In this document: positions 62,643 to 64,000 of the stretch, one piece after another
Position numbering within the stretch: position 1 is the stretch's first letter
How the letters are laid out: every line of letters begins with the position of its first letter
Source of the DNA: an uncultured Candidatus Poseidoniales archaeon
GTDB lineage: Archaea > Thermoplasmatota > Poseidoniia > Poseidoniales > Thalassarchaeaceae
DNA length: 64,000 nt
Assembly (NCBI GenBank): GCA_964645485.1
Contig: CAZXZO010000007.1
Coordinates: 441-64,440 of the forward strand
Direction of reading: 5' to 3'
Notes under the pieces: model-generated
The model's input: only the letters and a program-made list of their open reading frames with translations
Told to the model about the DNA's origin: nothing
Databases searched by the model: none
Made by a program: the position numbers and the translations under genes

Positions 62643-63481
62643 TCTAATTCCTCCATAGCAACTCGAAGTTGGTCATCGTTGGGAGCGGCGCCATGGAATG
62701 ATGGGTTATCTTCCATGAAAGAGACTCCTTTGCCTTTGATTGTATGTGCTACTACCACGGCTGGTCCGTCGGTTACCGAATCCATCCACTCTATTGCCTC
62801 AACAATTTCATTCATATTATGGCCATCACATTCGCGTACTGCCCATCCAAATCCTCCCCACTTAGCAGCAACATCAAACATTCTCATTTGTTTTTCACAA
62901 AAGTCATCATTTTGTATGCGATTTCTATCGACGAATACTTTGAGGTTCCCAACTTCGTGATGTACCGCTGCCATAGCAGCTTCCCAAACTTGTCCCTCTT
63001 GTAATTCTCCATCACCTAACATCACATACGAAGTTCGAGGTGAATCATCTAGGGTTGCTGCAAGAGCGGTACCTAGACCAAAGGAAAGACCCATGCCTAA
63101 ACTACCCGCAGAGAAGTCAACTCCTGGAGTCCATTTCATATCGACATGACCTTGGCAAACCCCACCCATAACCCGGTAGGTTGACAAATCTTCTTCGGAA
63201 AGAAATCCCATTTCATGTAAAATAGCGTAAACTGCTGGCGATGCATGCCCTTTACTCATGATGAATCGGTCTCTCTCAGGGTCATCAGGGTTAGATGAAT
63301 CAACATTCAATCTAGTTTTGTATAGAGCAACAAGTATGTCAATAGCGGAGAGTGAACCCCCTGGATGGCCAGCATTAGCCCGGTGAACCATTTGTACTAT
63401 GTTTCTACGACATTTTTTAGCAGTGTCGAGAAGTTCGTCAATAGACGAATAATCTTCTGACATCTCGTTTTCTGGACTCAT
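62639..63481 (-). CDS. Transketolase, N-terminal (thiamine-diphosphate-binding) subunit
   Basis: AGHPGGSLS, SKGHASPAVYA, GSLGMGLS, LGDGELQEGQVWEA. ATG 63481 preferred over the ORF-track TTG at 63541. Confidence 0.93.
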   Translation of the reverse strand: MSPENEMSEDYSSIDELLDTAKKCRRNIVQMVHRANAGHPGGSLSAIDILVALYKTRLNVDSSNPDDPERDRFIMSKGHASPAVYAILHEMGFLSEEDLSTYRVMGGVCQGHVDMKWTPGVDFSAGSLGMGLSFGLGTALAATLDDSPRTSYVMLGDGELQEGQVWEAAMAAVHHEVGNLKVFVDRNRIQNDDFCEKQMRMFDVAAKWGGFGWAVRECDGHNMNEIVEAIEWMDSVTDGPAVVVAHTIKGKGVSFMEDNPSFHGAAPNDDQLRVAMEELE

Positions 63482-63554
63482 CACAGTTGTTCCCCATCGG
63501 GGTTGCATTTCTGTAAGCCTTTGATGGTTTCTAATCAACAAGGAAATTCAAGGG

Positions 63555-64000
63555 TTAAGGGACCTTCACCTTGTCAATTACCCGACGAGCCCCATCTACT
63601 ATCACAGAAGCCCAGTTAAACAGTAAGGAAAAAGGTCTCTTAGCAGGTGGAAGGCTTCTAGTTACTAACCAAGTAAACACCCCAAAGAACCACAAAAAGA
63701 ACACCGTTGAGAAGAAAGGCCCAAGAGTTCCTAGGAAGGGCAACCAATTATCTGGTCTAGGTAATGGTGAGAAGGATGATAGTACTATGAAAGCCGCAAC
63801 GACAACACCCATCAAGGCTTCTCCTGCAATCAAACCAGCCGAAAGTAAAGTGCCTCTACTAACAAGTTCTTTTCCGGATTTGACTGCCTTTTCAGTTGGC
63901 TCTCCTGCAAGTGAATCGTCAACTCGTAGATGTGCAGTCCTCGTTACCAAGTGGTTGAGAACCCCACCCAAAAATATGGTTGCAGAGAGATAGAAAGGTA
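63555..64000 (-). CDS. OPT-family oligopeptide transporter, C-terminal part only (5' end beyond the window)
   Basis: The minus-strand frame stays open from 63971 to base 64000 (codons read ...PFYLSATIF-L). GTLLSAGLIAGEALMGV matches the C-terminal OPT motif, which is also present in the 9573 gene. Confidence 0.7.
   Translation of the reverse strand, partial: PFYLSATIFLGGVLNHLVTRTAHLRVDDSLAGEPTEKAVKSGKELVSRGTLLSAGLIAGEALMGVVVAAFIVLSSFSPLPRPDNWLPFLGTLGPFFSTVFFLWFFGVFTWLVTRSLPPAKRPFSLLFNWASVIVDGARRVIDKVKVP

Noticed and set aside
61707-63481. Transketolase in two pieces, considered as a disrupted gene or pseudogene
   Set aside because: Separate N- and C-terminal subunit genes with a 4-nt overlap are the normal archaeal (and some bacterial) arrangement. 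Both halves have intact motifs.

Overview
Dense, almost fully coding 64-kb chromosomal segment of an archaeon: about 57 protein genes on both strands, many with 1-20 nt overlaps. I found no rRNA, tRNA, CRISPR array, transposase or integrase. The gene set shows archaeal identity directly: a proteasome-alpha / SBDS / Rrp4-Rrp41-Rrp42 exosome / L37Ae / Pcc1 / prefoldin-beta superoperon, RFC large subunit, aEF-2, aIF5A, SRP54, TiaS, TrmY, S12-S7, and archaeal-type GlyRS and ProRS. Low GC, acidic proteins, giant sequon-rich surface proteins, OPT peptide transporters and fatty-acid genes suggest a planktonic Thermoplasmatota lineage such as Marine Group II; this is inference only. Content worth a second look, best first: (1) a MamK-family actin homologue flanked by zinc-ribbon proteins (55.2-58.0 kb), my best candidate for an undescribed system; (2) a bacterial-type delta-9 acyl desaturase, with its own promoter and terminator, inserted between S7 and EF-2; (3) two tandem giant membrane-anchored surface proteins (1-8110), one combining a WD40 propeller, a PstS-like binding domain and 14+2 thrombospondin-type-3 Ca-binding repeats, the other carrying a PGF-CTERM-like signal followed by a 70-aa tail; (4) an archaeosortase-like gene divergent from gmhA-gmhB, with a C9 homopolymer in the shared promoter; (5) a 1764-aa Lhr helicase with a roughly 860-aa C-terminal extension; (6) an IPP-isomerase/GGPP-synthase fusion next to isopentenyl phosphate kinase, plus a UbiD-type decarboxylase; (7) near-identical promoter/leader elements in front of S12 and EF-2. 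All calls come from reading the translations and the DNA by eye. No searches or alignments were run, start codons were often re-chosen by hand, and family assignments rest on remembered motifs.
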